Source: Candidatus Bathyarchaeia archaeon (GTDB lineage Archaea > Thermoproteota > Bathyarchaeia > Bathyarchaeales > Bathycorpusculaceae). Taken from it: a stretch of 64,000 nucleotides of DNA. The notes beneath the pieces are model-generated. The model did no database searches. It was not told the DNA's origin and saw only the letters and a program-made list of their open reading frames with translations. A program made the translations under genes and the position numbers. Positions 19,519 to 29,090 of the stretch are shown one piece after another; the first letter of the stretch is position 1; each line of letters opens with the position of its first letter. The stretch spans positions 1 through 64,000 of the forward strand of contig JBEKWR010000012.1 of the NCBI GenBank assembly GCA_049512935.1. Direction: 5' to 3'.

Positions 19519-20421
19519 TTGGCAGAACAGCAACAACCACAACCAGTACCAGTTCCAGTTCCCAAAAAGATCGGAATTTTCAAATGTGGAAATATCGGGA
19601 CATCACCTTGTCTTGAGCTTCTATTGGATGAATTAGCCGATCGAAGAGACATCAAAGTTAGAACCGTGACAACAGGTTCAAAAATGGGAGCCGACGACGT
19701 TGAAGAAGCTTTGCCCAAGTTCTTTGAGTTCAACCCTGAAGTTGCAGTCATAATATCTCCCAACACTGCACTGCCCGGCCCTTCGAAGGCGCGCGACGCC
19801 GTTGCTCAAAGGAAAATCCCAGGGATCGTCATTACGGATTCTCCCGGCAAGAAGGTGAAGGGCGACATTGAAAAACAAGGCTTAGGCTATCTCATAATCA
19901 CCGGAGACCCCATGATCGGCGCGAGAAAAGAGTTCTTAGACCCAATTGAGATGGCACTTTTCAACTCAAACGTAAGCAAGGTTCTCGCAATAACCGGCGT
20001 TTACCGCATAGTCTACCAAGAAATCGACAAAGTCATCTACGCCATCGAAGCAGGTCTCACTCCGATACTGCCAAAGCTGGTCATCGACATCACGACGATA
20101 CGCGACCAAATCTTCTTCAACAACCCTTACGCAAAAGCAAAAGCCATCGCCGCCTACGCAATGGCAGAAAAACTCGCCGACATCGACGTCATGGCTTGCT
20201 TCATAGAGAAAGAAAACGAAAAATACATCCCGCTCGTAGCTGCCGCACACGAAATCGCGCAAGCCGCAGCCCGATTAGCTGAAGAGGCACGGGAAATCGA
20301 AAAGTACTCAGATGAACTCTTGAGGAAGCCGCATGCGAAAGACGGGAAGCTGAAGTACAAGACCAAGCTGATGGCTCTACCGACTTTTGACGAGGAAAGC
20401 TACAGTCAAAGCAATCTATGA
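19519..20421 (+). CDS. mtd: F420-dependent methylene-tetrahydromethanopterin dehydrogenase
   Basis: KIGIFKCGNIGTS..LELLLDE.ADR.DI, ISPN..LPGP..AR, DPMIGARKEFLDP.EMA.FN, NPYAKAKA. Confidence 0.93.
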   Translation: MAEQQQPQPVPVPVPKKIGIFKCGNIGTSPCLELLLDELADRRDIKVRTVTTGSKMGADDVEEALPKFFEFNPEVAVIISPNTALPGPSKARDAVAQRKIPGIVITDSPGKKVKGDIEKQGLGYLIITGDPMIGARKEFLDPIEMALFNSNVSKVLAITGVYRIVYQEIDKVIYAIEAGLTPILPKLVIDITTIRDQIFFNNPYAKAKAIAAYAMAEKLADIDVMACFIEKENEKYIPLVAAAHEIAQAAARLAEEAREIEKYSDELLRKPHAKDGKLKYKTKLMALPTFDEESYSQSNL

Positions 20422-20495
20422 GTTCAGCCTTTTTCTCAGTTTTCTCTTCTTTTTCAAAATTTTTTTTGGCTCGCAGGTATGGCTGATTTCCTGCG

Positions 20496-20584
20496 TATAT
20501 GGGATATATGCCAATATATGTCCAAGCCCATTTTTGTATATACCATATATAACTTTACATAGCGTATTTCGACTAAGTATATAT
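20496..20584 (+). promoter_or_regulatory. TATAT-repeat promoter/operator region upstream of the NAD(P)-Mtd fusion
   Basis: TATATG at 20496, 20505, 20515; TATATA at 20537, 20546, 20578. Confidence 0.45.
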
Positions 20585-20622
20585 CTGCCGCAGGCATTCT
20601 CAGAGATGCAGAGGTTAAGAAA

Positions 20623-22338
20623 ATGGAAACCCTCGAATTAAAACCATTAGAAAAAAAGAAACTCAACGTCTTACTGCTTGAAAAGGAATATAACGAACCG
20701 TTCTGGGTGAACGATCCGCCAGCAGGCTTGAATGCCCTAAAGGCCTTGTACAACCCTTCAGTGGGTTTCTACAAGTTCTTGGAAAACCTTGTAAGCAAAG
20801 TAAACATCGATTACGTCACTGACGAGCTAGGCCAACGCACAAAAGAAGACTTTGAAGGCACCATAACAACCGACATTTTCCGCAAAAGCAACATACCCTA
20901 CTTCGCAGTAGAAATGGACGCAGCAGCAAAAGATTACATCGGAGACGTCATCGCCACCAAAATAAAATCACGAGACGATCTCCTACAAGCCATGGACGCC
21001 CTGCCAAAGCAAAAAGACGATTCAATGGAAAAAGAATACATGATCGCTCTCGGCCAAAGCCTCCAATTTGAGATAGAAGAACATCAAGAAGAAATCAACT
21101 TCTCAATTAGAGAAAGCTGGATAACGATGGGTATTCTGAATCACGCACGGGAAATTAAAGGAAAAGAAGAAATCACCTGCCTTCACATCTGCAGTCCAGA
21201 ACACATGACTGGAATCAAGCAATTGCTTGAAACGATGAATGCCAAGGTGGAAACCGCAAAACTCTCCAAGAAAGTTATAGCTGCAAGCACAGAAGTACCG
21301 TCTTCTCAGGAGATGGAAAACTGGTTGCAATCAATCCAAATTCAAGTTAAACCAACAATGGGAAAAGCCGCGGAAGAGGCACCGTACTTGCTGTTCTACA
21401 TCGACACCGATGCGAAAGCAAGTCCATTTGACATTTGCATGGCATACGACGTGGGCTACGATGCAGTCATACCCTACGAGAATGTGAATCCGGAAGACGC
21501 AAAAAACATCACTCAAGACGCGTTGCTGTCCCGAGGACCAAAAGGTGTTAAGCACACTGCCTTCTTGATAGGCGGAAAAAACGCTGAAAGAGCTGAAGAA
21601 GTTTTCCAAGCAGTCAAAGATTCGATGTTCCCACCCTTCAAAACAAGCATAATAATTGACCCAGCAGGCGCCTACACAACAGCCGCAGCCATGGTTGCAA
21701 AAGCTGAAGATGCATTGGCAGCCAACAAGCTTGGCGAACTGAAAGACAAGACATGCGCCATCATGGGAACCGGTGCAGTCGGCCAAATAGCAGCTGTCCT
21801 TCTTGCTAAGATAGGATGCAAAGTAATGATTGCCAGCCTGAACCCGAAACGTGCTGACGGAAAAGAACATGCAGAAAGCATCGGCAAGCTCTTGGCGAAA
21901 GATCATGGAGTTCAAGTGCAAGGGATATTCGCGCCAACACCGCAGTCTAAGATAGACATAATCGAGAAAGCCGATGTAATCATGTGCGCAGGAGTTAAAG
22001 GTGTCCGCATCATCGACAAAGAAATGCTCAAAGGCGTCAAACACATGAAGGTACTCCTTGACATCAACGCTGTCCCGCCCTTCGGAGTAGAAGGAATCGA
22101 ACTCAAAGACGACATGAGAGAAATGTTGCCAGGCATATTCGTAATCGGCGCGTTAACAGTTGGCGACTTGAAGCACAAGACCGAAAAAGAAATTCTGCGA
22201 GAAGCACGAAGCAACGGCAAAGAAGTCTACAACTTCAACATAGCGTTACCGATGGCGAGAAAACTGCTGGAGAAAGACCTAATACCTGCAAAGCTGGCTA
22301 TGACGTTGAATTATCAATCGACAAAGAAACCCGCATAG
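20623..22338 (+). CDS. NAD(P)-dependent methylene-H4MPT dehydrogenase (MtdA/B/C-like) fused to an unknown ~250-aa N-terminal domain
   Basis: From ~aa 255: SPFDICMAYDVGYD.VIPY, SRGPKG...T..LIGG, MFPPFK.S..IDPAGAYTTAAAMVA, Rossmann GTGAVG, DINAVPPFG.EG, IGAL.VG.LK. Confidence 0.85.
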   Translation: METLELKPLEKKKLNVLLLEKEYNEPFWVNDPPAGLNALKALYNPSVGFYKFLENLVSKVNIDYVTDELGQRTKEDFEGTITTDIFRKSNIPYFAVEMDAAAKDYIGDVIATKIKSRDDLLQAMDALPKQKDDSMEKEYMIALGQSLQFEIEEHQEEINFSIRESWITMGILNHAREIKGKEEITCLHICSPEHMTGIKQLLETMNAKVETAKLSKKVIAASTEVPSSQEMENWLQSIQIQVKPTMGKAAEEAPYLLFYIDTDAKASPFDICMAYDVGYDAVIPYENVNPEDAKNITQDALLSRGPKGVKHTAFLIGGKNAERAEEVFQAVKDSMFPPFKTSIIIDPAGAYTTAAAMVAKAEDALAANKLGELKDKTCAIMGTGAVGQIAAVLLAKIGCKVMIASLNPKRADGKEHAESIGKLLAKDHGVQVQGIFAPTPQSKIDIIEKADVIMCAGVKGVRIIDKEMLKGVKHMKVLLDINAVPPFGVEGIELKDDMREMLPGIFVIGALTVGDLKHKTEKEILREARSNGKEVYNFNIALPMARKLLEKDLIPAKLAMTLNYQSTKKPA

Positions 22339-22352
22339 GGTTCTTTCTTTTT

Positions 22353-23366
22353 TTACGTAGAAACTTTGAACGCGTGGTTGACCGTAACTTCCGCGATGTT
22401 TGCTGCATAGAAAGCAAGTCTCTTTATGTCTTCCCTAATTGAGCATACCGCGCAGATTAACTCGGGTTTCTTGTTGCTAATGAAAGTTGTGTTTGCGATT
22501 TCTTGATCTAATTTTTCAATTCTCTTGGTCTGTTTCATTATTTCAACTGAAAAGTCAAGGTCGTGTTGGAAGAAAGCGTTGACGGCCTTAATGTATAAGT
22601 CGACTACCTCCGTTCCTTCATCGACCATAAGCTCCAACAAGTTGCTGGGAATCGTTTCTCCAATTCCATCTATCATAATGATGTGTTTGGCTATGTCTGC
22701 CACGTAATCTGCAGCGTGCTCGATTAACACGGAGAGATACTGGTAGTCCATGCAGTCAACCGGATCCAAACGCAGTTCATTGGCTAAAACTGGACTTTGA
22801 GCCGCTTCCCGAAGTATTCTGAGAATCAGGAAGTGGAATTGGTCCACATCATCGTCAAGTGACAAAACGGATTTTGCAAGTGAGATGTCATTAGTCTTCA
22901 AAGCGGTGAAGACATCCTCACACATGGAGTAGGAGATCAGATGCATTCTTTGCACGGCTTGGTCAAGCGAAGCTTTTGATTCGTCAGTTAACGTTTGAAG
23001 GTAAACTCCTCTGGAATCCGACTCCATTATTCGCATGTAAAGCCTGCCAGCGATGTACCGTATGGCTTTCCTCTGGGGGACGGAGAGGATTTTTTCTGCT
23101 ATTAGCGTGATTCCAGAGTACCCGTTCAAAAATGACCCAATGATTTTTTGGATTATTAATGCTTCATCCTCGTTGCTTCCGATCTTAATTGTTGTCTCTT
23201 TGGGGGGCGACTTTTTCTCTGCCCCCGGATAAACAACTAATGAACGGTCACGTTGGATTGCGTACGAAACCACGTCTCCCTTGTTTAGTTCGTTTAGAGT
23301 CATCCAGTTTTTTGGAAGAGAAATCACCATTGAGGATCTGCCTAAAGACATTATTCTACGTTCCAT
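22353..23366 (-). CDS. phoU: Archaeal AbrB-PhoU family regulator
   Basis: RRIMSLGRSSMVISLPK.W AbrB domain; PhoU repeats with DDDVD and IEHAADY; ATG at 23366 preferred. Confidence 0.88.
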   Translation of the reverse strand: MERRIMSLGRSSMVISLPKNWMTLNELNKGDVVSYAIQRDRSLVVYPGAEKKSPPKETTIKIGSNEDEALIIQKIIGSFLNGYSGITLIAEKILSVPQRKAIRYIAGRLYMRIMESDSRGVYLQTLTDESKASLDQAVQRMHLISYSMCEDVFTALKTNDISLAKSVLSLDDDVDQFHFLILRILREAAQSPVLANELRLDPVDCMDYQYLSVLIEHAADYVADIAKHIIMIDGIGETIPSNLLELMVDEGTEVVDLYIKAVNAFFQHDLDFSVEIMKQTKRIEKLDQEIANTTFISNKKPELICAVCSIREDIKRLAFYAANIAEVTVNHAFKVST

Positions 23367-23399
23367 AACATGGCCTCCAACATTTCCAAGCAATGATGA

Positions 23400-23437
23400 G
23401 TTAATACCGCACATATTTTAATATATACTGTATTAAC
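23400..23437 (-). promoter_or_regulatory. Inverted repeat enclosing the TATA-like box of the phoU-like gene
   Basis: GTTAATAC (23400-23407) ... GTATTAAC (23430-23437); contains AGTATATAT on the minus strand. Confidence 0.45.
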
Positions 23438-23531
23438 AGCGGAAATTTGCCTTGGCCCACCCGTCTTGCATTTAACGCAGCTAGCTCTCAAAGCAGCCAA
23501 TGGACGCGCAAAAAAGAATTCCCAAGCTGGG

Positions 23532-24692
23532 TCAGAATGCGCTACTTATTCTGTTGCATGCTTCAAGTATGCGCTCTTTAGGCTGGGTGAAAGTTATCCT
23601 CACGTAGCCTTCTCCGCATTTCCCGAAGCCGATTCCAGGCGTCACGGCAACTCCGACGTCAAGCAGTTTGGTGGCGAATTTCATTGAGTCGCCTCGGCAG
23701 TTGACCCAGACGTAGAATGTTGCTTTCGGCTTGACGCATTGAAAGCCGATTTTGCATAGTGTTTCCACGAGGAGGTCGCGGCGTTCTTGGAGGATCTGGT
23801 TGTTTTTCTTCAGGAACTCGGGCGCCTCTTCACCCGTGTAGGCTGCTAAAGCTTTAACGGCGACCTTCTGCGTGTAAACTGGCGGTCCGGAATCGATTTG
23901 CGACTTGATCTTAGTTAAGCCGCTGACCAGCTGCTTGTTTCCAACGGCGAAGCCTATGCGGTCGCCCGTCATGTTGAAGGTTTTCGACAGCGAGTGGAAT
24001 TCGATTGCGACGTCCATGGCGCCGTCAACTTCCAAGATGCTTGGTGCACGGTATCCGTCGTAGGTGATTTCCGAGTAGGCGTTGTCATAACAGAGGATGA
24101 CGTTGTTGTCTTTTGCGAAGTCAACTGCTTGCTTTAGGAATTTCTTGTCAGCGGTGGCTGCGGTGGGGTTGTTGGGGTAGTTGAGGAACATCATTTTGAC
24201 TCTTCTTGCGTCGACGGCTTCAAGGTCAGGTTGAAAACCGTTCTCCTCCAAAAGAGGCATGGGCACCACTGTGCCGTCGCATAGGATCGTGCTGCCGTTA
24301 GCGTACACTGGGTAAGCTGGGTCGGGCACTAAGACGCGGTCGCCTGGATTGACGAAGGCTCTCGCTATGTTTGCTATTCCTTCTTTTGAACCTAAAAGAG
24401 CGATAACTTGGTCTTGCGCCAAGTCAACGTTGAACCGTTTTTTGTACCAGCCTGCGACTGCCTCGCGGAAGTCGGGTTCACCTTGGCTGAAGGAGTAGTT
24501 ATGGTTTTTCGGGTTAGCTGCCTCTTGCTTGAGCGCCTCAACAACGAATTGGGGCGGCGGCAGGTCAGGGTCGCCGATGCTCAACGAGATTAAATCGACG
24601 CCTTGAGCCTTCTTTTCCTTGATGATTTTCTCGATCTCGGCAAACAAGTAGGGCGGCAACCGCTTAATTCTTTCTGCGTACTCAAACGTCAT
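23532..24692 (-). CDS. dapL: LL-diaminopimelate aminotransferase
   Basis: LPPYLFAEI, GSKEGI, NYPNNPT, DNAYSE, SLSKTFNMTG.RIG; last gene of the dap operon. Confidence 0.88.
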   Translation of the reverse strand: MTFEYAERIKRLPPYLFAEIEKIIKEKKAQGVDLISLSIGDPDLPPPQFVVEALKQEAANPKNHNYSFSQGEPDFREAVAGWYKKRFNVDLAQDQVIALLGSKEGIANIARAFVNPGDRVLVPDPAYPVYANGSTILCDGTVVPMPLLEENGFQPDLEAVDARRVKMMFLNYPNNPTAATADKKFLKQAVDFAKDNNVILCYDNAYSEITYDGYRAPSILEVDGAMDVAIEFHSLSKTFNMTGDRIGFAVGNKQLVSGLTKIKSQIDSGPPVYTQKVAVKALAAYTGEEAPEFLKKNNQILQERRDLLVETLCKIGFQCVKPKATFYVWVNCRGDSMKFATKLLDVGVAVTPGIGFGKCGEGYVRITFTQPKERILEACNRISSAF

Positions 24693-24694
24693 GG

Positions 24695-25534
24695 TTACAC
24701 CTCATCAAACAGGTTTCCCTCAAAAACCTTAACGGCTGCCCCGCTCAAGTACAGTTTTCCCGCAGCTAATTCAACCTGCAGGTCGCCGCCCAAGACGTGA
24801 ACAGTAACTTTTTCCCCGACTTTTCCAAGTCTGTTCGCGGCAGCTACGGACGCGCAGGTTCCCGTTCCACAGGCGAGGGTTTCTCCGCATCCCCGTTCCC
24901 AAACTCGAATTTTCAGTTCGTCGCGGCTCAGGACTTGGACGAATTCGACGTTGGTTCTTTTGGGGAAAGCCCCGTTATTCTCGATTTTTGGACCTATTTG
25001 ATTAACTGGAAAATCGTTAACGTGGTCGACGAAAGTAACGCAGTGAGGATTGCCCATGGAGAGGCAGCTTGCTCTGTAGATTTCGCCGTCGACATCCAAC
25101 GTCTGATCTATGAACGTTCCTTTTCCACTCATCGGGAGAGCGCTTCTTTCCCAGTTCGGCTCGCCCATGTCAACTCTTACCGCCTTCACTTCGGCACCTT
25201 CAACCGTCAGCCAGACACGTTTGGGTCCCGAAAGGGTCTCGATGGGGAACTCCGTTTTCTGGACGATGCCGTTTTCGTAGCAGTACTTGGCGAAGCATCT
25301 TATGCCGTTGCCGCACATCTCAGCTTCGCTGCCGTCAGCGTTGAAAATCCGCATTTTCGCCGACGCCACTTTAGAGCATGAAACCAATAGTAGACCGTCC
25401 GCGCCTACTGAGAAACGGCGTTCACAAAGCCTCTTGGCTAAATCTGAAGCCTCGGCGCGACTGATTTTTTCGTCTCTGTTGTCGACGACTATGTAGTCGT
25501 TGCCTAAGCCATGCATCTTCCAGAAACGCATCAA
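24695..25534 (-). CDS. dapF: Diaminopimelate epimerase
   Basis: KMHGLGNDY, EMCGNGIRC, GNPH, ERGCGETLACGTG. Confidence 0.97.
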   Translation of the reverse strand: MMRFWKMHGLGNDYIVVDNRDEKISRAEASDLAKRLCERRFSVGADGLLLVSCSKVASAKMRIFNADGSEAEMCGNGIRCFAKYCYENGIVQKTEFPIETLSGPKRVWLTVEGAEVKAVRVDMGEPNWERSALPMSGKGTFIDQTLDVDGEIYRASCLSMGNPHCVTFVDHVNDFPVNQIGPKIENNGAFPKRTNVEFVQVLSRDELKIRVWERGCGETLACGTGTCASVAAANRLGKVGEKVTVHVLGGDLQVELAAGKLYLSGAAVKVFEGNLFDEV

Positions 25535-26823
25535 GGTGACTCTGCCGTCCGCTGGTTAGCAGTTAAATTGTCAAGCTGTTCCCGTTCCCTGACAATCACG
25601 GGTTTGCCTTGCCTAATCATGACTTCCGCCGCCCTCGGTCTCGCGTTGTACTGTGAGCTCATGCTGAAACCGTACGCGCCAGCGTTTAGAACCGCCAGCA
25701 AGTCTCCTTCCTCTATTGGGGGCAACTCGCGGTCCTTAGCTAAGGCGTCGCCTGACTCGCAGATCGGACCGACAACGTCGTAGGTTTCCTTTTCCGCCGC
25801 GTTCAGCTTGTTGGCGACCAGTATAGGGTGGTAGGACCCGTACATCGTTGGGCGTATCAGTGTGTTGAAGCCCGCGTCGACGCCGACGAATTTCTTTGCA
25901 GGCGTAACCTTCACTGTGTTAACGGTCGTCAGAAGAACGCTTGCGTCGCAGACCAGATATCTGCCTGGCTCCACACACAAGAAAGGCTTGCCCAAACCGT
26001 ACTCAGCGACCTTAGCCTTGAAAGGCGCCACCACTTTGCTGGCGAACGCCCCCCAATCGAACTCTTGGTCGTCTGGCTTGTAGGGAACTCCGAATCCGCC
26101 GCCTATATCGATGAACTCGAACTTTATGCCTACCTCGTCATGAACACGCTTGGCAATGCTCAGCAGCTTATCCACCGCCTGCACGTAGGGTTCTACGTCA
26201 AGGATGCCTGAGCCGATGTGCATGTGAATGCCGAAACGCTCCACTCTTGCCCTTTGGGCGATGGCGTAAGCCTGTATCGTCTCTTCTTCCCAGAGCCCGA
26301 ATTTCGAGTCTGGACCCGCCGTTATACAGTGGCTGTGATGCCCCGCACCGACCTCTGGGTTAACACGAACCGACAAAACCTGCGGCACCCCAATTTTCAG
26401 CAGCCTATCCAGCTCCGACTGCGAATCAATGTTAACGGTGATGTTGGCGTCCGAGAGCATTTTTAACTCGTCATTTCGCACGCTGGTCCCAGTGAACATG
26501 ATGCGGTCTTGCGTGAACCCAGAGACCAAGCCCATGAAAACTTCGCCTGGGCTGACGGTGTCCAAGTACGCGCCCTGCGACTGAAGAATCTTCAGCACCG
26601 CAAGGTTCGAGTTTGCCTTGGCAGCGTAATAAATCCTCAGGTACTTGTAGTTGCTAATTAAGACGTCAAAAAGCCGATTGTAATTGTCCCTGATACGGTT
26701 CTCACTCACCACGTACAAGGGAGTATCGTACTTTTGAGCTAAGTCCTTAACGGAAACGCCGTCAAAGAACAAGCTGCCTTTTCGGTCTTCTAACGGCTCA
26801 TGAAACTTTCTTGCCTTGACCAT
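25531..26823 (-). CDS. lysA: Diaminopimelate decarboxylase
   Basis: YAAKAN, SKFG, HIGS, DIGGG, EPGR, GPICESGD, GAYG..MSSQYN. Confidence 0.96.
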   Translation of the reverse strand: MVKARKFHEPLEDRKGSLFFDGVSVKDLAQKYDTPLYVVSENRIRDNYNRLFDVLISNYKYLRIYYAAKANSNLAVLKILQSQGAYLDTVSPGEVFMGLVSGFTQDRIMFTGTSVRNDELKMLSDANITVNIDSQSELDRLLKIGVPQVLSVRVNPEVGAGHHSHCITAGPDSKFGLWEEETIQAYAIAQRARVERFGIHMHIGSGILDVEPYVQAVDKLLSIAKRVHDEVGIKFEFIDIGGGFGVPYKPDDQEFDWGAFASKVVAPFKAKVAEYGLGKPFLCVEPGRYLVCDASVLLTTVNTVKVTPAKKFVGVDAGFNTLIRPTMYGSYHPILVANKLNAAEKETYDVVGPICESGDALAKDRELPPIEEGDLLAVLNAGAYGFSMSSQYNARPRAAEVMIRQGKPVIVREREQLDNLTANQRTAESP

Positions 26824-26860
26824 TCCTTCACACCGCTCACAAGTTGGTTACCGTGAGGCT

Positions 26861-27919
26861 TTACGCTAAACCTTTCGCCACGTAGAGTTCAGCGCTTAAG
26901 ATGCCTCCGCCTGCCGCTCCGCGAATCGTGTTGTGCCCCAGGCACATGTACTTGAAGGTCATGATCGGATCCTTGCGTATCCTGCCGACTACAACGCTCA
27001 TGCCGCAGCCCGTATCCCTGTCGTACCGCGGTTGAGGCCTGTTTTTCTCATGGCGAACCACGATGGGTTGCTTGGGTGCGGAGGGCAATTTGAGTTTTTG
27101 CGGTTCGCCCCTAAAGCGGGTGAATGCGGCTTCAATCTCTTCTATTGAGGGATCCTTGTCAGTCTTGACGAAGATAGATTCTAAATGCCCATCCTTCACA
27201 TTAACTCGGTTGCAGCTTGCGCTAATCGTGAAGTCAGCATTCTGCACCGCCTTGCCGTTGAATGCCCCAAGTATCTTACGTGCTTCCGACTCCATCTTTT
27301 CTTCTTCGCCCGAAATGAAGGGAACAACGTTATCGATTATGTCCAGGGAAGCGACGCCAGGGTAGCCTGCTCCGCTCAGGGCTTGCATGGTTGAAACAAC
27401 AACCTGTTGCAGACCAAACGCCGTCAGCGGCTTGAGGGAAATCGCCATCTGGATTGTGCTGCAGTTAGGGTCCGTCGAGATGAAGCCTTTCCAACCTCGC
27501 AGCTTCTGCTGAACACGAATCAACTCAGCGTGGTCAGGGTTGATTTCTGGAACCAGCAGCGGCACGTCTTTTTCCATTCTGTGTGCGCTCGCCTTGCTGA
27601 ACACGGGATAGAGCGCGGCAAACTCAGATTCAACTGGACCCGCCAACTCACCTGGCAACGAAGAGAACACCAAGTCCACATCTCCTGCCTTCTCCACAGA
27701 TTCAACATCGGCGTGCGCCACGGGCATCTCTGCAATCTCCTTAGGCAAGTCTGACTCCATAACCCAGTTGCAGGCTGCTCCGTACTTTTTGCCTGCTGAC
27801 CGCTCTGAAGCGGCAAGCACCTCAATTTGGAACCATGGGTGCCCCTGCAGGAGCTGAATAAACCTTTGCCCGACGGCTCCAGTTGCTCCTAAGACGGCTA
27901 CTTTACGTTTAAACGACAT
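26861..27919 (-). CDS. asd: Aspartate-semialdehyde dehydrogenase
   Basis: GATGAVGQRF, PNCS, QALSGAG, HNTIRGAAG. Confidence 0.96.
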   Translation of the reverse strand: MSFKRKVAVLGATGAVGQRFIQLLQGHPWFQIEVLAASERSAGKKYGAACNWVMESDLPKEIAEMPVAHADVESVEKAGDVDLVFSSLPGELAGPVESEFAALYPVFSKASAHRMEKDVPLLVPEINPDHAELIRVQQKLRGWKGFISTDPNCSTIQMAISLKPLTAFGLQQVVVSTMQALSGAGYPGVASLDIIDNVVPFISGEEEKMESEARKILGAFNGKAVQNADFTISASCNRVNVKDGHLESIFVKTDKDPSIEEIEAAFTRFRGEPQKLKLPSAPKQPIVVRHEKNRPQPRYDRDTGCGMSVVVGRIRKDPIMTFKYMCLGHNTIRGAAGGGILSAELYVAKGLA

Positions 27920-29078
27920 TTTCTATCGCTTCCTTCGCACTTGTGATTTCTTTTGCTTCGATAAAAACATTAATGGTTGCCTTACTCGTTGTAACCTCAA
28001 TTATGTTAATACCAGCCTGACTTAAAGCTTCAGAGATTTTCGCTATGCCGCCGGGCGAGTCAATGAAGGCTGGGTCACTAATTTGGATCATGGCAACGCC
28101 TTCTCTGTGGCTGACCGCCTTGACGTCTTTCATGCCGTGCAGCTGATTCAAGATCTGAGTGACATCGCCGTCTGCAGTAAAAACGGTAAAAGATTTTCGC
28201 CCTGAACTTACACCGTAAACTGGTCTCTTGCTAAGCACAGAAAAGACATCTCTAATGTTTTGCGCGTTGACCTCGCAAACAATGCTGATCGCGATTAAGC
28301 CTTGCTGCGTTAAGATTTCTGCAGAATTGAGATCAAAAGACCCAGTGATTTCTGTACCGCCGCCTACAAGGTTACCTGAGCCAAAGTCCACAACCCTGAG
28401 AGTTTGGTTCGGCAACTTGTACTTGAGGGCTCCAGGCTTAATGATTTTTGCTCCTCCCTGCGCCAAATCAAACATTTCGTGAATTTCCAGCTTCTTGAGT
28501 AGCCTCGCGTCAGAAATTATCTTCGGGTCTGCTGAGAGCACGCCGCTTGTTTCCTTGACGAGAATGATTTCATCTGCCGATACGCATCTGGCGAGCAGCA
28601 CCGCCGTGGTGTCGCTTCCGCCTCTTCCCAGAGTGGTGATTCTGCCCTGAAGGTCTCTTCCAAGAAAACCGCAAACAACAGGGACAACTTTGCCAAGAAG
28701 AGGCGTGACGAACTGCGAAGTTAGAGCCGCTGTCTTCTCCAAGTTAGGGGTGGCATGGAGAAAGTTTGAGTCAGTTATGATTGGCCAGTTATCGTATGCC
28801 GGATCGAACACTTCAGCCTTCAAACCCTGCGCCCTCAACGCCGCACAAAAAATTTGGGCACTTGTTCGTTCACCTGTAGATATTATTTCTGCCCACTCAG
28901 CGTCGCTGGCGCCGATTTGAGCAAGCGTCTGGGTAAGGCTATCAGTTGTTTTACCCATAGCGGAAACAACCACAATTGCCTCGTCAAAATGTGCCTCCGC
29001 GACAAGCTTGGCTGCCTGCCTAATTTTTTGCCCTGACGATAAGTCAGCGCCTCCGAACTTGATAACGACCCTAGCCAA
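27909..29078 (-). CDS. lysC: Aspartate kinase with ACT domain
   Basis: KFGG, VVSAMG.TTD, TTLGRGGSDTTA, SADPK. Confidence 0.93.
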   Translation of the reverse strand: MARVVIKFGGADLSSGQKIRQAAKLVAEAHFDEAIVVVSAMGKTTDSLTQTLAQIGASDAEWAEIISTGERTSAQIFCAALRAQGLKAEVFDPAYDNWPIITDSNFLHATPNLEKTAALTSQFVTPLLGKVVPVVCGFLGRDLQGRITTLGRGGSDTTAVLLARCVSADEIILVKETSGVLSADPKIISDARLLKKLEIHEMFDLAQGGAKIIKPGALKYKLPNQTLRVVDFGSGNLVGGGTEITGSFDLNSAEILTQQGLIAISIVCEVNAQNIRDVFSVLSKRPVYGVSSGRKSFTVFTADGDVTQILNQLHGMKDVKAVSHREGVAMIQISDPAFIDSPGGIAKISEALSQAGINIIEVTTSKATINVFIEAKEITSAKEAIENVV

Positions 29079-29090
29079 GACGCCTCGCCT

